Notes: generated by a model from the letters alone, not told the origin. A stretch of 64,000 bases of DNA from Eubacteriales bacterium (GCA_045593885.1 JAZNXN010000033.1:1682-65681); one strand, 5' to 3'. Numbered from the stretch's first letter, positions 1 through 10,354 are shown. Translations and numbers: made by a program.

Positions 1-1
1 A

Positions 2-1567
2 AACGGTATCGCGGCAGGTGTGAGGCTTCAGGGCTACACCCTCAACGTATCGGGATATAAAAACGTACAGAGGATAAAAGCGAACGGCGAGGAGTTCGGC
101 ACATACGAGGGCTTTCTGCCCCAGACACTCTGCCACGAGGGGCTTTTGGTCGATAACCGCGATTGCACCGAATTTTCGGCAAGACATTTTTCAAAGTATC
201 AAAACGTCGTAAACCATCAGATGTATAACGAGCCCGATTACAGCGTGGACTTCAACCCCGCGGCAATAGACGCATTCCGCACCTGGCTCGTTGACAGAGG
301 ATATATGACTGCTGACAAGGCAAAGGACATGTATCCGCCGAAAAGAAGGATAGACGGTGCCGACCAAAACGGATATAACGAGCTTTTCTTCCGCTACTCT
401 ACGTTTTTGCATGAGAGGCTTTGCGATTTTCTGTGCGATATGGATGATGCAACCAAGAGGGGAAATCCACGTTCCGAGAATTTCACCTGCTGGGTATCCG
501 ACAACAGCTATAATTTTGCGAAGTATTTCAGAACGGCCAAATCAATGGGAATAATAGGCATAACGCATTATTTTCCCTCGCAGGGCTCGCGCGTTTACCG
601 CTCGTCTATGATAATCGACGTGCCCGAGAGCGCGGCGGCGGTTAACGGCAAGCACGCGTGGCTGGTCGAATATAACGCTAATACGAAAATGAAGCCTGAC
701 GAATGGGAAAGGGAAACCTACTCTGCCATAGGCTCGGGGCTAAAGGGTATTTCCTACTATCAGTGGCGCGGCGATTATGCCGCAGAGGGCTCGCCCGAAA
801 CCAACCTTTTCGGTCTTATCAACAACGACAGAACGAAAACTCAGGTGTTCGACAGGGCGGTTATGGTCAACGCCCTGATAAATTCGCTTTCCGAGAAAAT
901 CGTCACTACAGAAAAATACAGGGCCGGCGTTGCGATTCTCATATCCGAGAATGTAATTCATAGCCTTGATTCATACTCAACGACCAAGGCGGATATTTAC
1001 ACCGACGGACAAAATTTTGCGTACTATGAGCTAAGAAGAGATGGGTACCCTGTGGATTTCGTGACCGCCGAGGACCTGAAGAAAAACCCGCTCGGCGTGC
1101 GCGTGCTCATACTGCCCGCGACAGAGGGGCTGTCGCGCGAGGAGCTTTCGGACATTTCCGATTTTGCAAAAAGCGGCGGCTTGGTTTACAGCTATGAGTA
1201 CTGTGCGTGTGCGTACAAGGAATTTGGCGGCGACAGCTCGCTTTGCTCGATTTATGATATAATGAAAGCCTCGGGTATTTTGCCGACGGTCAGCTTTGAC
1301 AAAACCGACAGGCTTGACGCAAAATTGCTCAAGGGTAGCAGTCATAGCATTATAACGCTTTGCAACATTCACACCGACGGTCTTTACACCCAGGATGGCG
1401 CTCTGCTGACGGTGAATGCTGATTACCTCACAAAAAAGGAAATTCGCAGTGCGGCACTTCACACCCCCGACGAAATCACGTCACTTTCTTTCGAAAGAAC
1501 CGACACGGGTGTTAAAATCACCCTGCCCGAAATAAAGGCAGGCGGAATTATTCTTATAGAGCACTAA
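2..1567 (+). CDS. GH42-like beta-galactosidase with trimerisation domain (5'-truncated by window edge)
   Basis: Frame is open from the window start. MYNEP acid/base motif, WLVEYN nucleophile-like motif, ISYYQWR, and C-terminal VAILIS...GYPVDFV..VRVLILP class-I GATase-like trimerisation domain. Confidence 0.65.
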   Translation, partial: NGIAAGVRLQGYTLNVSGYKNVQRIKANGEEFGTYEGFLPQTLCHEGLLVDNRDCTEFSARHFSKYQNVVNHQMYNEPDYSVDFNPAAIDAFRTWLVDRGYMTADKAKDMYPPKRRIDGADQNGYNELFFRYSTFLHERLCDFLCDMDDATKRGNPRSENFTCWVSDNSYNFAKYFRTAKSMGIIGITHYFPSQGSRVYRSSMIIDVPESAAAVNGKHAWLVEYNANTKMKPDEWERETYSAIGSGLKGISYYQWRGDYAAEGSPETNLFGLINNDRTKTQVFDRAVMVNALINSLSEKIVTTEKYRAGVAILISENVIHSLDSYSTTKADIYTDGQNFAYYELRRDGYPVDFVTAEDLKKNPLGVRVLILPATEGLSREELSDISDFAKSGGLVYSYEYCACAYKEFGGDSSLCSIYDIMKASGILPTVSFDKTDRLDAKLLKGSSHSIITLCNIHTDGLYTQDGALLTVNADYLTKKEIRSAALHTPDEITSLSFERTDTGVKITLPEIKAGGIILIEH

Positions 1568-1571
1568 AAAG

Positions 1572-1599
1572 AAAAGAGGACTTCAAAAAGTCCTCTTTT
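1572..1599. terminator. Bidirectional intrinsic terminator
   Basis: AAAAGAGGACT-tcaaaa-AGTCCTCTTTT inverted repeat between convergent genes. Confidence 0.85.
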
Positions 1600-1631
1600 A
1601 TTATGAAAAAATTTGAGATATCCAAACCGAT

Positions 1632-1733
1632 GCGCACGAATTTTGGATGAATATTTCCGTTCTTCTCCCCGAAGGTGTAGTTTGCCTATGTCGAGCTTGG
1701 GGAAAACGGCGGAAGGCACCGAAATACAAAACC
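1632..1733 (+). repeat. Dispersed ~100-nt imperfect hairpin repeat, copy 1
   Basis: GCGCACG.ATTTTGGATG...CCGAAG-stemloop-CGAG.TTGG...CCGAAATAC shared with 48531-48632 and 36784-36886. Confidence 0.75.
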
Positions 1734-1743
1734 TATTGCAAAG

Positions 1744-2328
1744 TTAAAAGCCGTGAGTGTATAAAAGCTTCCTTATTTTCATAGAGTCGTCGGTGTTAGC
1801 TTGTGAAAGAAGCTCCTTTTTTGCCGCGTCAAAGTCGATAGTGCCCTCATCAAGCGCGCGCTCGATTGCCGCGTGTATGCGCTCGGTAGAATACCCCTTT
1901 GATACGAGGGCGGGTATCAGCCTGTTTTTACCCATAAGCTTCTTGCTTACGTTGTACTCAACGAGGCGCAAAAGCTGCTCGTCCTCGTTGATGTAGCCAA
2001 GGCTGATAACCTTTGCCGTTGCATACTCCGCGCTCTCGCGCGAGAAGCCGCGCATTACGAGCTTTTGGCATAGAGCTTTTGCACTGTTGTCGCCCATCGA
2101 CACGATTCTCAGCGCTCGGTCAAATGCCTCATTCTGCTCGGTTTTTCTGATTATAACGGCGATTTCCTCGTCGTAAATCTCGTCACCGACAGAAAGATTG
2201 CCGAGGCTCTCCCAATCCGAGCTGTCAACCTCATAGCGCCTTTTTTTCTCCTTCTCGCCATCGTGGGTGAGAAGGGTGACGGTAACGCCGCCGCTGTAAT
2301 TTCCGATTCCCGCTATTTTAGCAATCAC
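1744..2328 (-). CDS. recX: RecX regulatory protein
   Basis: Directly downstream of recA and overlapping it; ALRIVS..DNS...L.QKL..RGF, LGYINE motifs, ends in LLYTHGF. Confidence 0.85.
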   Translation of the reverse strand: MIAKIAGIGNYSGGVTVTLLTHDGEKEKKRRYEVDSSDWESLGNLSVGDEIYDEEIAVIIRKTEQNEAFDRALRIVSMGDNSAKALCQKLVMRGFSRESAEYATAKVISLGYINEDEQLLRLVEYNVSKKLMGKNRLIPALVSKGYSTERIHAAIERALDEGTIDFDAAKKELLSQANTDDSMKIRKLLYTHGF

Positions 2329-3422
2329 TGCTCGTCGTCAAGCTCGAGGGGACGGATATCGAGGTCGTCCGCAAGCTCGAATTCCTCCTGAAGATCGACC
2401 TTATCGGCGCGGGCCCTTATTTTGCCCTCAATTTCAGCCATAAGCTCGGGACTTGCCTCGATGTACGCAACCGTCTTATCCTTACCCTGACCTACGCGCT
2501 GACCGTCGTATGAGAACCACGAGCCGCTCTTTTCAAGCACGCCCGTCATAACGCCGAGCTCAACTATCTCGGATGCCTTCGAAATTCCCTTACCGTAGAG
2601 GATATCAAACTCCGCAGTTTTGAAGGGGGGTGCCACCTTATTCTTAACAACCTTGCACTTGACGTGGTTTCCGTAAACCTCAGTGCCCTTCTTCAAAACC
2701 TCGCCCTTTCTGATGTCTATGCGGACAGATGCGTAGAATTTGAGCGCACGTCCGCCCGTAGTCACCTCGGGGTTTCCGTACATAACGCCAACCTTCTCGC
2801 GAAGCTGGTTGATAAATATAACAACGGTGTTGGTTTTTGCAATAGTACCGGAAAGCTTACGCATAGCCTGTGACATAAGTCTTGCCTGCGCGCCGACGTG
2901 GCTGGCACCCATATTTCCGTCGATTTCCTGACGGGGAACGAGTGCGGCAACAGAGTCGATAACGATAACGTCGATAGCTCCCGAATGAACGAGTGCATCC
3001 GCGATTTCGAGCGCCTGCTCTCCGTCGTCGGGCTGGGAAACGAGAAGGTTGTTGATATCAACGCCTATCTTCTTCGCATACGAGGGGTCGAGTGCGTGCT
3101 CCGCGTCGATGAACGCTGCCTCACCGCCTGCCTTCTGCACCTCTGCCACGATATGTAGAGCAACGGTTGTTTTTCCTGAGGATTCGGGGCCGTATATTTC
3201 TATAATTCTTCCCTTAGGCACGCCGCCTATTCCGAGTGCCATATCGAGAGTGAGCGAGCCTGTGGAAACTGCGCTGACCTCGAGCTTCTGCGCGTCACCG
3301 AGGCGCATGATTGCGCCCTTGCCGCATTCCTTCTCTATTCTCTCAATCGCTGTGGAAAGCGCGGACTTCTTGTCCTTTGGGGTTGCTATTTCTGCCTTTT
3401 TTGCTTCTGCTTTCTTTGCCAT
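2325..3422 (-). CDS. recA: Recombinase A
   Basis: GPESSGKTT Walker [29 protein letters not shown]. Confidence 0.99.
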   Translation of the reverse strand: MAKKAEAKKAEIATPKDKKSALSTAIERIEKECGKGAIMRLGDAQKLEVSAVSTGSLTLDMALGIGGVPKGRIIEIYGPESSGKTTVALHIVAEVQKAGGEAAFIDAEHALDPSYAKKIGVDINNLLVSQPDDGEQALEIADALVHSGAIDVIVIDSVAALVPRQEIDGNMGASHVGAQARLMSQAMRKLSGTIAKTNTVVIFINQLREKVGVMYGNPEVTTGGRALKFYASVRIDIRKGEVLKKGTEVYGNHVKCKVVKNKVAPPFKTAEFDILYGKGISKASEIVELGVMTGVLEKSGSWFSYDGQRVGQGKDKTVAYIEASPELMAEIEGKIRARADKVDLQEEFELADDLDIRPLELDDEQ

Positions 3423-3445
3423 TTTTAATTCTCCTTATATTTTAA

Positions 3446-4723
3446 TCAGAGTTCTATCTGTGTTGCGCCAAAGGGCCTAATGTTCAGTATCATACATGCG
3501 TCCTTTCCGAAAATACTGTTCATTATATCCGAATATTCAGAAACGTATTCGTTTTTAACGAATGCCTGAATTGTTCCTGCAAAGCCGCCGCCGTGAACGC
3601 GCCAAGCGCATCCCTTTCCCGAAAGAAGACTGTCGGTAACAGAGAGCGCGAGTGAGAGCCCCTGCTCGTGAACGTTTTTGGTGGTGTAGACGTTTTGCAG
3701 ATATTTGAAGCTGGAATCTCCCGACGCCATAACTCCCGAAAGGAAGCCGTCAATATCCGATGCCCTGAGAGCCCTTGCGGTTGTGCATACGCGCTCGTTT
3801 TCCGCTACAAAGTGCAACGCGCGCAGAACTGCTCTGTCGCCAACCGCCTCGCGCAGAACCGAAAGGTTTGCTATTATATCCGCCGAGGTTATACCGCGGA
3901 GCACATCCTTGCCAAAATACGCCGCAACGCTCTTCATCTCATGCGGAACCGATGCGTAATCGTCGTTCAGGTCAGCGTGATTTCCGCCCGTATTCACGAT
4001 ACAGAGCGAATAACCCTTCTTTGCAAGAGAGAAATCTATCGGCTCTATAACGGGATTTTTGGGGTCGGCAAAGTCTATATAGACAAAGCCTCCGACGGCA
4101 CACGCCATCTGGTCCATAAGTCCGCAGGGCTTGCCAAAATACTCGTTCTCGGCAAACTGCGAAATCTTCGCTATCTCCTCGTTGGGAATTTCACCGTTGT
4201 TGTAGAGGTGGTTGAGGATATTTCCTATCATAACCTCGAATGCGGCAGATGAGGAAAGTCCTGAGCCCTTGAGCACGCGGGTGGTGAGGTATGCGTCAAA
4301 CGCGCCTGTTTTCGAGCCGCGCATTCTGAGTCCCTCAAACAGTCCCGAGATGAGAGCCGCGGATGAGAAATTCGGGTAAGCATCCCTGTCGTCAACAGTA
4401 TCCAAATCAACGACACACTCGTCGTAGCCCTCGCTCTTTATGCGGGCAACCTTGCCCTCACTCTTAGCCGCAACCGCTATAATATCACGGTCTACCGCAC
4501 CTGCGAGCACGCAGCCGCGGTTGTGGTCTGTGTGATTTCCGAGTATCTCGCTTCTTCCCGATACCGAGAAAAGATATATATCCCTGTCATCACCGTAGAG
4601 TGAGCAGAAATTCTCAATAGCACGTATATATCTTTCGGTTTCCAGTGTCATATCTGAGTATATCACTCTGTATTTTTCGAGTGCTCCGCCCTTTATTTTT
4701 TCGATAAGCTCGTTTGCCTTCAT
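3446..4723 (-). CDS. galK: Galactokinase (GHMP kinase)
   Basis: GRSEILGNHTDH, GSGLSSSAA, GKPCGLMDQ, RVHGGGFAG motifs. Confidence 0.9.
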   Translation of the reverse strand: MKANELIEKIKGGALEKYRVIYSDMTLETERYIRAIENFCSLYGDDRDIYLFSVSGRSEILGNHTDHNRGCVLAGAVDRDIIAVAAKSEGKVARIKSEGYDECVVDLDTVDDRDAYPNFSSAALISGLFEGLRMRGSKTGAFDAYLTTRVLKGSGLSSSAAFEVMIGNILNHLYNNGEIPNEEIAKISQFAENEYFGKPCGLMDQMACAVGGFVYIDFADPKNPVIEPIDFSLAKKGYSLCIVNTGGNHADLNDDYASVPHEMKSVAAYFGKDVLRGITSADIIANLSVLREAVGDRAVLRALHFVAENERVCTTARALRASDIDGFLSGVMASGDSSFKYLQNVYTTKNVHEQGLSLALSVTDSLLSGKGCAWRVHGGGFAGTIQAFVKNEYVSEYSDIMNSIFGKDACMILNIRPFGATQIEL

Positions 4724-5685
4724 TCTGTATCTCCATTAATAAATTTTTCTATTTTCTCCATAACGGGTGCGAGCGCCTCGTATGCGTCCAGCATCTCGCC
4801 GTTTCTGTCAACCGTTATCCATTCGACGTCCGGATTCGCGCGGAACCACGTCAGCTGTCGCTTCGCATATCGGCGGCTGGCTGTTTTGAGCTGCTCTATG
4901 CAATCCGCAAGGGGTGCGCCGTCGTCTATATGGGGCAAAATCTCCTTATACCCTATCGCCTGCGCGGCTGTCAGCTCAGGGGACAGATACCCCCGCTCGC
5001 AGAGCATTTTTGTTTCCTCTACAAGTCCGCTCTCTATCATCTTGTCCACACGCATATCTATTCTTTGATAAAGAACGTTGCGCGACGAGGTGTCAAGCCC
5101 TATGATGAGCATATCTATATCGCCCGACCTCTCGCGGCTCTTTTCGTCAAGCTCGCTCTTGGGAACGCCCGTCGCGTGAAAAATTTCGAGGGCGCGTATC
5201 ACGCGCTTAACGTTATTTTTGTGTATTTTCTCCGCAGAGGCAGGGTCTACGTCAAACAGCATTTTGTGAAGGACGTCTGCGCCGTCCTTACGCTCGGATA
5301 TCGCCAAAAGCTCGGCTACGTACCCACTGTCAGAGGGATCGTTGTCGGCATGCCTGCCCGTCCGCACGGCATCAAGATAGAGGCCCGTGCCACCGCAAAA
5401 GAGGGGAATACGCCCTCTTTTCGTGATTTCCCTCGCACATGCGAGCGCATCACGCGCATAGTCTGCGGCGCTGTACCTTTTATCAGGCTCGAGGAAATCG
5501 AGCATATGATGAGGTATTTTTTTCCTCTCCTTCTCCGTCGCCTTCGCCGTGCCAACATCCATATGCTTATATATCTGCATTGAATCGCATGAAATAATCT
5601 CTGCACTTATTTTCTCGGCAAGGGCAATTGAGAGCGCGGTCTTTCCAACCGCAGTCGGCCCTACTATCGCTATTGCCTTTATCAT
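4720..5685 (-). CDS. miaA: tRNA dimethylallyltransferase
   Basis: GPTAVGKT, DSMQIY..MDVGTAK, GGTGLY, AIGYKE, YAKRQLTWF. Confidence 0.97.
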   Translation of the reverse strand: MIKAIAIVGPTAVGKTALSIALAEKISAEIISCDSMQIYKHMDVGTAKATEKERKKIPHHMLDFLEPDKRYSAADYARDALACAREITKRGRIPLFCGGTGLYLDAVRTGRHADNDPSDSGYVAELLAISERKDGADVLHKMLFDVDPASAEKIHKNNVKRVIRALEIFHATGVPKSELDEKSRERSGDIDMLIIGLDTSSRNVLYQRIDMRVDKMIESGLVEETKMLCERGYLSPELTAAQAIGYKEILPHIDDGAPLADCIEQLKTASRRYAKRQLTWFRANPDVEWITVDRNGEMLDAYEALAPVMEKIEKFINGDTE

Positions 5686-7940
5686 TTTAGGACTACCGCC
5701 TTACACCTTTTACGCCTTGCGGAATCGAGATTTTTATCGTTGACTGCGGAAAACAGAAGCATCTGCTCGCCGCTTGCGGCAAGCACCTCGGCAGTATCAA
5801 CTATCTGCGAGAGAGCCTCGGGCGTTGCCGCCTCCTTTGCAAGCTCAATGAATATCGGTGCCTTCTCTGTACAGAAGAATCGGGATAGCGCCACCTTCGC
5901 CGCTACGTAAACTATTCCGCGCTTTATTCTCTCAAGCACCCTTACGTTTTCCTCAAAGGTCGGCGTGTCAGCCGCCTTCTCCTTATCCTCGGGCAAGGGC
6001 TCCTTCTCCTTGGAATTAAGCCTTGCCGCCGACTCGGCAATCTCGCGGGCTGTTCTGACTATGCTGTCCGAAAACTCCACCTTGACCTTTTCCTTGGCGT
6101 CGTTGATTATTGATATTGCACTCTGCCATATTTCGTTACGGCGCAGAAGCGCGTCAGCCGAGCTCTCAAGCTCGAGTATTTTTTCGCGGATATCAGAGGC
6201 GTTATTTTTTCTCTCATTTATTTCAGCCAGGCTCTTTTCCATATCGAAAAGCTCCTCTGAAAGAGCGTTATGAATATCGCGCTGCTCGTTATACTGGGAA
6301 AGAATAGCGCTGTAATCCATAGCGCGATACGCCTCGCGCTCAGCAGGAAGAACCCCTGCGCGAACGTCTATCTCGTCATACTCCCGAAGCTCCTTTCTAA
6401 GCGCGGCTATTTTCTCAACGGTTGCATCAAGCTCGCCCAAGAGCTCGCGCTCGCCGTCGATATAGGTACGGATATCAAGGTCGAGCGAGTACATAAAATC
6501 GTCAACGTTATTTCCCGGCAGATGCCTTCCCCACTGCTCGACAGCCCGCATATACTCGGAAAGAGCCGCATCGCAGGCAACATGCGTTTTGTCGCACAGC
6601 GCGTTTATAGCGGCGAGTGTTTCCATTCTCGCCTTAACCGTCGCCCTTGCATCCTCTACCTTTTTAAGAACGCTCTGAAGCTCGGAGCGCTCCTTGACAT
6701 TGAAATCGCTCGCCATTTTAAGCGAGAGAACGTGATGCTTACGCGCAAGATACGCCGTGATGACCGATGCACCGAAGGTTGCAAATATTGCGCCAACCCA
6801 CGTGTAGTAATACAGCGGCTTCTCTGTGACGATGTCGGAAACCGAGCCGAACACCGCAATCAAAAGGCAGGTGACCACAGCTATTATACTGAAATTGATA
6901 AGGATTCTGAAGCTGGAGCGCGATTCATTATACCTTGCGCGAACCTTTTCGGTGCCGCCGAGAGCCTCCGCGCGCCTTATAATTTCCTCTGTCTTCTTAT
7001 CTATCGAGCTTTGCGCGTTGAACTGACAGTACTGCATTACTGCCTCATTATATTCCTTGTTGGTGCGGCGCATCTCGCTATATGCGAGAGCAACCCTCTT
7101 TCTGTAATCCTCAGAGGGACAGAAGCCCTCGTAGCCGTTTTCGAGTCTGTACTGCTCAACCTGCTTTTTCTGCGTCTCGCGCAGCTGCTCCATTGAGTGC
7201 AGGCGGTCAAAGTCGGAAATTACGTTTGCGTATCTGACGGTGCGCTCGAGCAAAGCCTTTTCTTCAAGCTCCGCGCGTGCACGCTCGCACTCCTCGACCT
7301 TATCAAGCATTGCCTCTCGGCATTCGATTGCACGCCTGTTTTTATCGGTCACCCGGGATAGCTCCGAGCGAAGCTCGTTTGCCTTCGCCCTCTTTTCCGA
7401 TATAGAGCTCTCGCAGCTCTCGGATACGGCGGAGTTGTGGAGAGTTGTTAGTATCGCCGCACCTCTGTCAGCGGAAATGCGCTCGTCAGCCGAATACAGC
7501 ACGTTCTCGGTTTCGGGAGAAAATCCCGTGCTGTCGCAATCGTCGGGGAAGCGTGTGAGAAACGCCGCATCTGAAAAGGTATAGCAATCCGCGCCGAGAA
7601 GGGGGGAGCCCACGTCGGCAAGAAGATATTTCTCCTTGTTCGTTGCGATATCGAGAACGCTGGCACAGCATGCCCCGATTTCAAGCGAGGTGTCGTCGTG
7701 TCTGGTTATTCTGTACGATTTCTTGTTTATCTTAACCTGCATGCTGCCCTCGCAGACGGGAGTATTCTCATTCAGGTATTTCTTTCTCTTTTCCTCATCG
7801 GTAAAGCCATAAAGCATGAAAGCGATAAAATCCGCTATCTCGCGGTGCTCGTAGTCGATTAGGTTTATCTTCTCGGAAAGCTCAGCCCTGACAGACGAAA
7901 GCGAGCCGAATGCCGCTATATTAATTTTTTCGATTATCAA
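5682..7940 (-). CDS. YhaN/SMC-like long coiled-coil protein with two TM segments; ATPase motifs degenerate
   Basis: N-terminal IEKINIAAFG..FIAFMLYG and GSMQV..YRITR resemble AAA_27/SbcC heads; long coiled coils with a central hydrophobic hairpin; no GxNxxGKS. Confidence 0.6.
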   Translation of the reverse strand: MIIEKINIAAFGSLSSVRAELSEKINLIDYEHREIADFIAFMLYGFTDEEKRKKYLNENTPVCEGSMQVKINKKSYRITRHDDTSLEIGACCASVLDIATNKEKYLLADVGSPLLGADCYTFSDAAFLTRFPDDCDSTGFSPETENVLYSADERISADRGAAILTTLHNSAVSESCESSISEKRAKANELRSELSRVTDKNRRAIECREAMLDKVEECERARAELEEKALLERTVRYANVISDFDRLHSMEQLRETQKKQVEQYRLENGYEGFCPSEDYRKRVALAYSEMRRTNKEYNEAVMQYCQFNAQSSIDKKTEEIIRRAEALGGTEKVRARYNESRSSFRILINFSIIAVVTCLLIAVFGSVSDIVTEKPLYYYTWVGAIFATFGASVITAYLARKHHVLSLKMASDFNVKERSELQSVLKKVEDARATVKARMETLAAINALCDKTHVACDAALSEYMRAVEQWGRHLPGNNVDDFMYSLDLDIRTYIDGERELLGELDATVEKIAALRKELREYDEIDVRAGVLPAEREAYRAMDYSAILSQYNEQRDIHNALSEELFDMEKSLAEINERKNNASDIREKILELESSADALLRRNEIWQSAISIINDAKEKVKVEFSDSIVRTAREIAESAARLNSKEKEPLPEDKEKAADTPTFEENVRVLERIKRGIVYVAAKVALSRFFCTEKAPIFIELAKEAATPEALSQIVDTAEVLAASGEQMLLFSAVNDKNLDSARRKRCKAVVLK

Positions 7941-8097
7941 GACCTCACCCCCATCCTAAGAATTTCATATTGATTTTATCCCGAGTGTGTAGTATAATAA
8001 ATGTACGCGGAATATATCTTTTAATTATTATACACTATATTATTAAGTTTTTCAAGAGAGAGTGAAGAAATACTTCAAGTATTTTTTGTGAGGGCAT

Positions 8098-8988
8098 ATG
8101 TTTACTAAGAGCACGGTATACGTAAACGGAATAAAAAGCATATCTGTCGGGGGCGTACAGCCGTATTCCCTTGCCGATACGCTCGAATGCGGACAGTGCT
8201 TCCGCTTTGAAAGAGTTTTTGACAGTCAATTTGTCAGCGAATATACAGGTGTTGCCTTCAACAAATTTGTAAGGGTTGCACAGGACAGCGACGGCAGTCT
8301 CATATTCATTGGCACGAGCGACGGAGATTTTGATGAAATATGGGTGAAATACTTCGCGCTCGACTCTGACCTTTCACAAATACGGAGCGAAATACTGAAA
8401 AATGCCCCGAAGGGCAACAAGCTCCACCTCGCCGCAGAGGCGGCAAAGGGAATTGCGATACTCCGTCAGGAGCCGTGGGAGGCGTTGTTTTCATTCATAG
8501 TATCACAAAATAACAACATCCCCAGAATCAAAAAAATAATAAAAAAGGTATGCGAGCTATACGGAAAAAACGCAGAGGGGGGTATGGGCTATGCCTTCCC
8601 TACCGCAAGGGATATAGCGGACGCGCCCGAGCTCTTGGCAGAGGCTCGCGTGGGCTTTCGTCTGCGCTATCTTGCCGATGCGGCAAAACGCGTGAGTGAA
8701 AATACCGTTGACCTTGCGCGTATACGTACCCTCGGCGATTATAACGCCGCCAAGGCAGAGCTTATGCAGATAGTCGGGGTGGGCAGCAAGGTCGCGGACT
8801 GCGTGCTTTTGTACGGAATGAATTATCTTTCCGCATTTCCCATTGATGTATGGATAAAGAGGGCTATGGGCGAATACTTCACCGATAGCTTCACCCCCGA
8901 GTCGCTGGGCGATTACGCAGGGATAGCCCAGCAATACATATTCCATTACGCGCGGGTGCTGGAGAGAGAGGGCGGTATACCGAAATGA
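8098..8988 (+). CDS. 8-oxoguanine DNA glycosylase (HhH-GPD, OGG N-terminal domain)
   Basis: TLECGQCFRF, ILRQEPWE..SFIVSQNNNIPRI, GVGSKVADC, AFPIDVWI, AGIAQQY. Confidence 0.92.
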   Translation: MFTKSTVYVNGIKSISVGGVQPYSLADTLECGQCFRFERVFDSQFVSEYTGVAFNKFVRVAQDSDGSLIFIGTSDGDFDEIWVKYFALDSDLSQIRSEILKNAPKGNKLHLAAEAAKGIAILRQEPWEALFSFIVSQNNNIPRIKKIIKKVCELYGKNAEGGMGYAFPTARDIADAPELLAEARVGFRLRYLADAAKRVSENTVDLARIRTLGDYNAAKAELMQIVGVGSKVADCVLLYGMNYLSAFPIDVWIKRAMGEYFTDSFTPESLGDYAGIAQQYIFHYARVLEREGGIPK

Positions 8989-10115
8989 AAATACTAATCC
9001 TCACCGTAACCGTCGGGGGCGGTCACAACGCGGCGGCGAGTGCGCTCGCCGAGGGGCTTATCAGTAGGGGGGCAGACGTATCGCTTGCCAACCTATATGA
9101 TATAACCTCACCGATTAAGGGTAAGCTGCTCGATTGGGGATATAGATTTGCTACCTCGTATCTTCCGAGAGCCTACGGATTGTTCTATCGCAGACAGGAA
9201 AACAGAAAATCAAGCTCATATAAAAGCTCAAGAAGGCGGAGAAGGACGGCGAAAAAGGCTGTTAAGTTAAAGGAATTTATAGATAATAACTCGTATGACG
9301 TTATTCTGTTCACGCACGTTTTCTGCGGAGAGCTTCTCGATTCGATAAGAGAAATTTACGGACTGAGCGCGCAGGTAATCGGCGTGGTCACCGACTATAC
9401 CCTTCATCCCTATTGGGAGGAAGCTCTGCGCGCTGACAAAATTCTGGTGGCGAGTGAATACACCGTCGAGAGTGCTGTCAAAAAGGGCTTTTTGCAGGAA
9501 AAAATACTTTCCCTCGGAATACCCGTGCGCGAGCGCTTTTATGATAGAAGGGAAAAGGGTGCTGCAAGAAAGGAGCTGTCGCTTGATGAAAGTGTCTCCA
9601 CCGTTCTTATTATGAGCGGAAGCATGGGCTACGGCGGCATCGCAAAAACTGTAAAGGCTATTGACAGGGCGGCAAAGGGGCTTCAGCTCATATGCGTTTG
9701 CGGCGACAATGGGCGCGCAAGGAAAAAAATCGACAGGCTCAGGTCAAATAACCGCATCCTAAACCTCGGATACACAGAAAACGTTGACGTCCTGATGGAT
9801 GCATCCGACGTAATAGTTACAAAGCCCGGCGGAATTACGGTGAGCGAGGCGATGGCTAAGCGCCTGCCGATAATAATATACAAAGAGATACCCGGTCCCG
9901 AGCCTCATAATGCAAAATATCTGACAGAACTCGGAGTCGCCGTCGAGGCGAAAAGCAGGCGGGAGCTATGCGAGCACGTTAAACGCCTGACGGGCGCGCC
10001 GTCGCTGTTGGAAGGAATGAAAAAAAGTATTGAAAAAAATCGCACCGACGGGGCGGTAGCCGCTATCTGCCGCGAGATACTCAAATCTGACAAAAAAACC
10101 GAAAAAAGCAATTAA
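8985..10115 (+). CDS. MGDG/processive diacylglycerol glycosyltransferase (GT28, UgtP-like)
   Basis: GGGHNAA, VTDYTLHPYW, GIPV, SGSMG, TKPGGITVSEA motifs. Confidence 0.88.
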   Translation: MKILILTVTVGGGHNAAASALAEGLISRGADVSLANLYDITSPIKGKLLDWGYRFATSYLPRAYGLFYRRQENRKSSSYKSSRRRRRTAKKAVKLKEFIDNNSYDVILFTHVFCGELLDSIREIYGLSAQVIGVVTDYTLHPYWEEALRADKILVASEYTVESAVKKGFLQEKILSLGIPVRERFYDRREKGAARKELSLDESVSTVLIMSGSMGYGGIAKTVKAIDRAAKGLQLICVCGDNGRARKKIDRLRSNNRILNLGYTENVDVLMDASDVIVTKPGGITVSEAMAKRLPIIIYKEIPGPEPHNAKYLTELGVAVEAKSRRELCEHVKRLTGAPSLLEGMKKSIEKNRTDGAVAAICREILKSDKKTEKSN

Positions 10116-10158
10116 AAAACCGAACTGCATTTTTGCTTGGTTCGGTTTTTCTTTTTTT
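10114..10158 (+). terminator. Intrinsic terminator after GT28 gene
   Basis: AAAAAACCGAAC...GTTCGGTTTTT followed by T-rich tract. Confidence 0.8.
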
Positions 10159-10161
10159 CTC

Positions 10162-10208
10162 AAAGTCCCGTTTCCCCTTATTTTATCGGGGAAAATCGGG
10201 ACTTTTTT
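10162..10208 (+). terminator. Second tandem intrinsic terminator upstream of the virion cassette
   Basis: AAAGTCCCG-TTTCCCC...GGGGAAAA-T-CGGGACTTT-TTT. Confidence 0.7.
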
Positions 10209-10354
10209 GTCCCGAAATTTTGGTTACCAAATCAAGTAGCTTTTGTGGTAGAGTATTTATGCCGAGGAAAAAACGGGAAGCAAGGGCGGCAAAAAACTGC
10301 ACATTCGACAATCGAAAAGATATCCCGTTCGGTAATGAAAAGGGAGGTATAAGA

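Noticed and set aside
1744-3422. Functional linkage of recA/recX to the virion cassette
   Set aside because: They are ~7 kb away in a separate operon on the opposite strand; proximity alone is not evidence
4714-5583. Long alternative ORFs (e.g. 4714-5583, 6270-7196, 11467-12282, 23917-24969, 28139-29116, 43200-44168, 52812-53801, 60992-62065)
   Set aside because: Antisense shadows of well-supported genes, with no recognisable motifs
10300-10327. Sigma-K/sigma-E sporulation promoter for the cassette
   Set aside because: ACA...GATATCCCG matches the CATA-NNN-TA -10 consensus poorly
10133-10354. 115-aa version of the first cassette ORF
   Set aside because: The extension runs through terminator hairpins; the strong RBS supports ATG 10355
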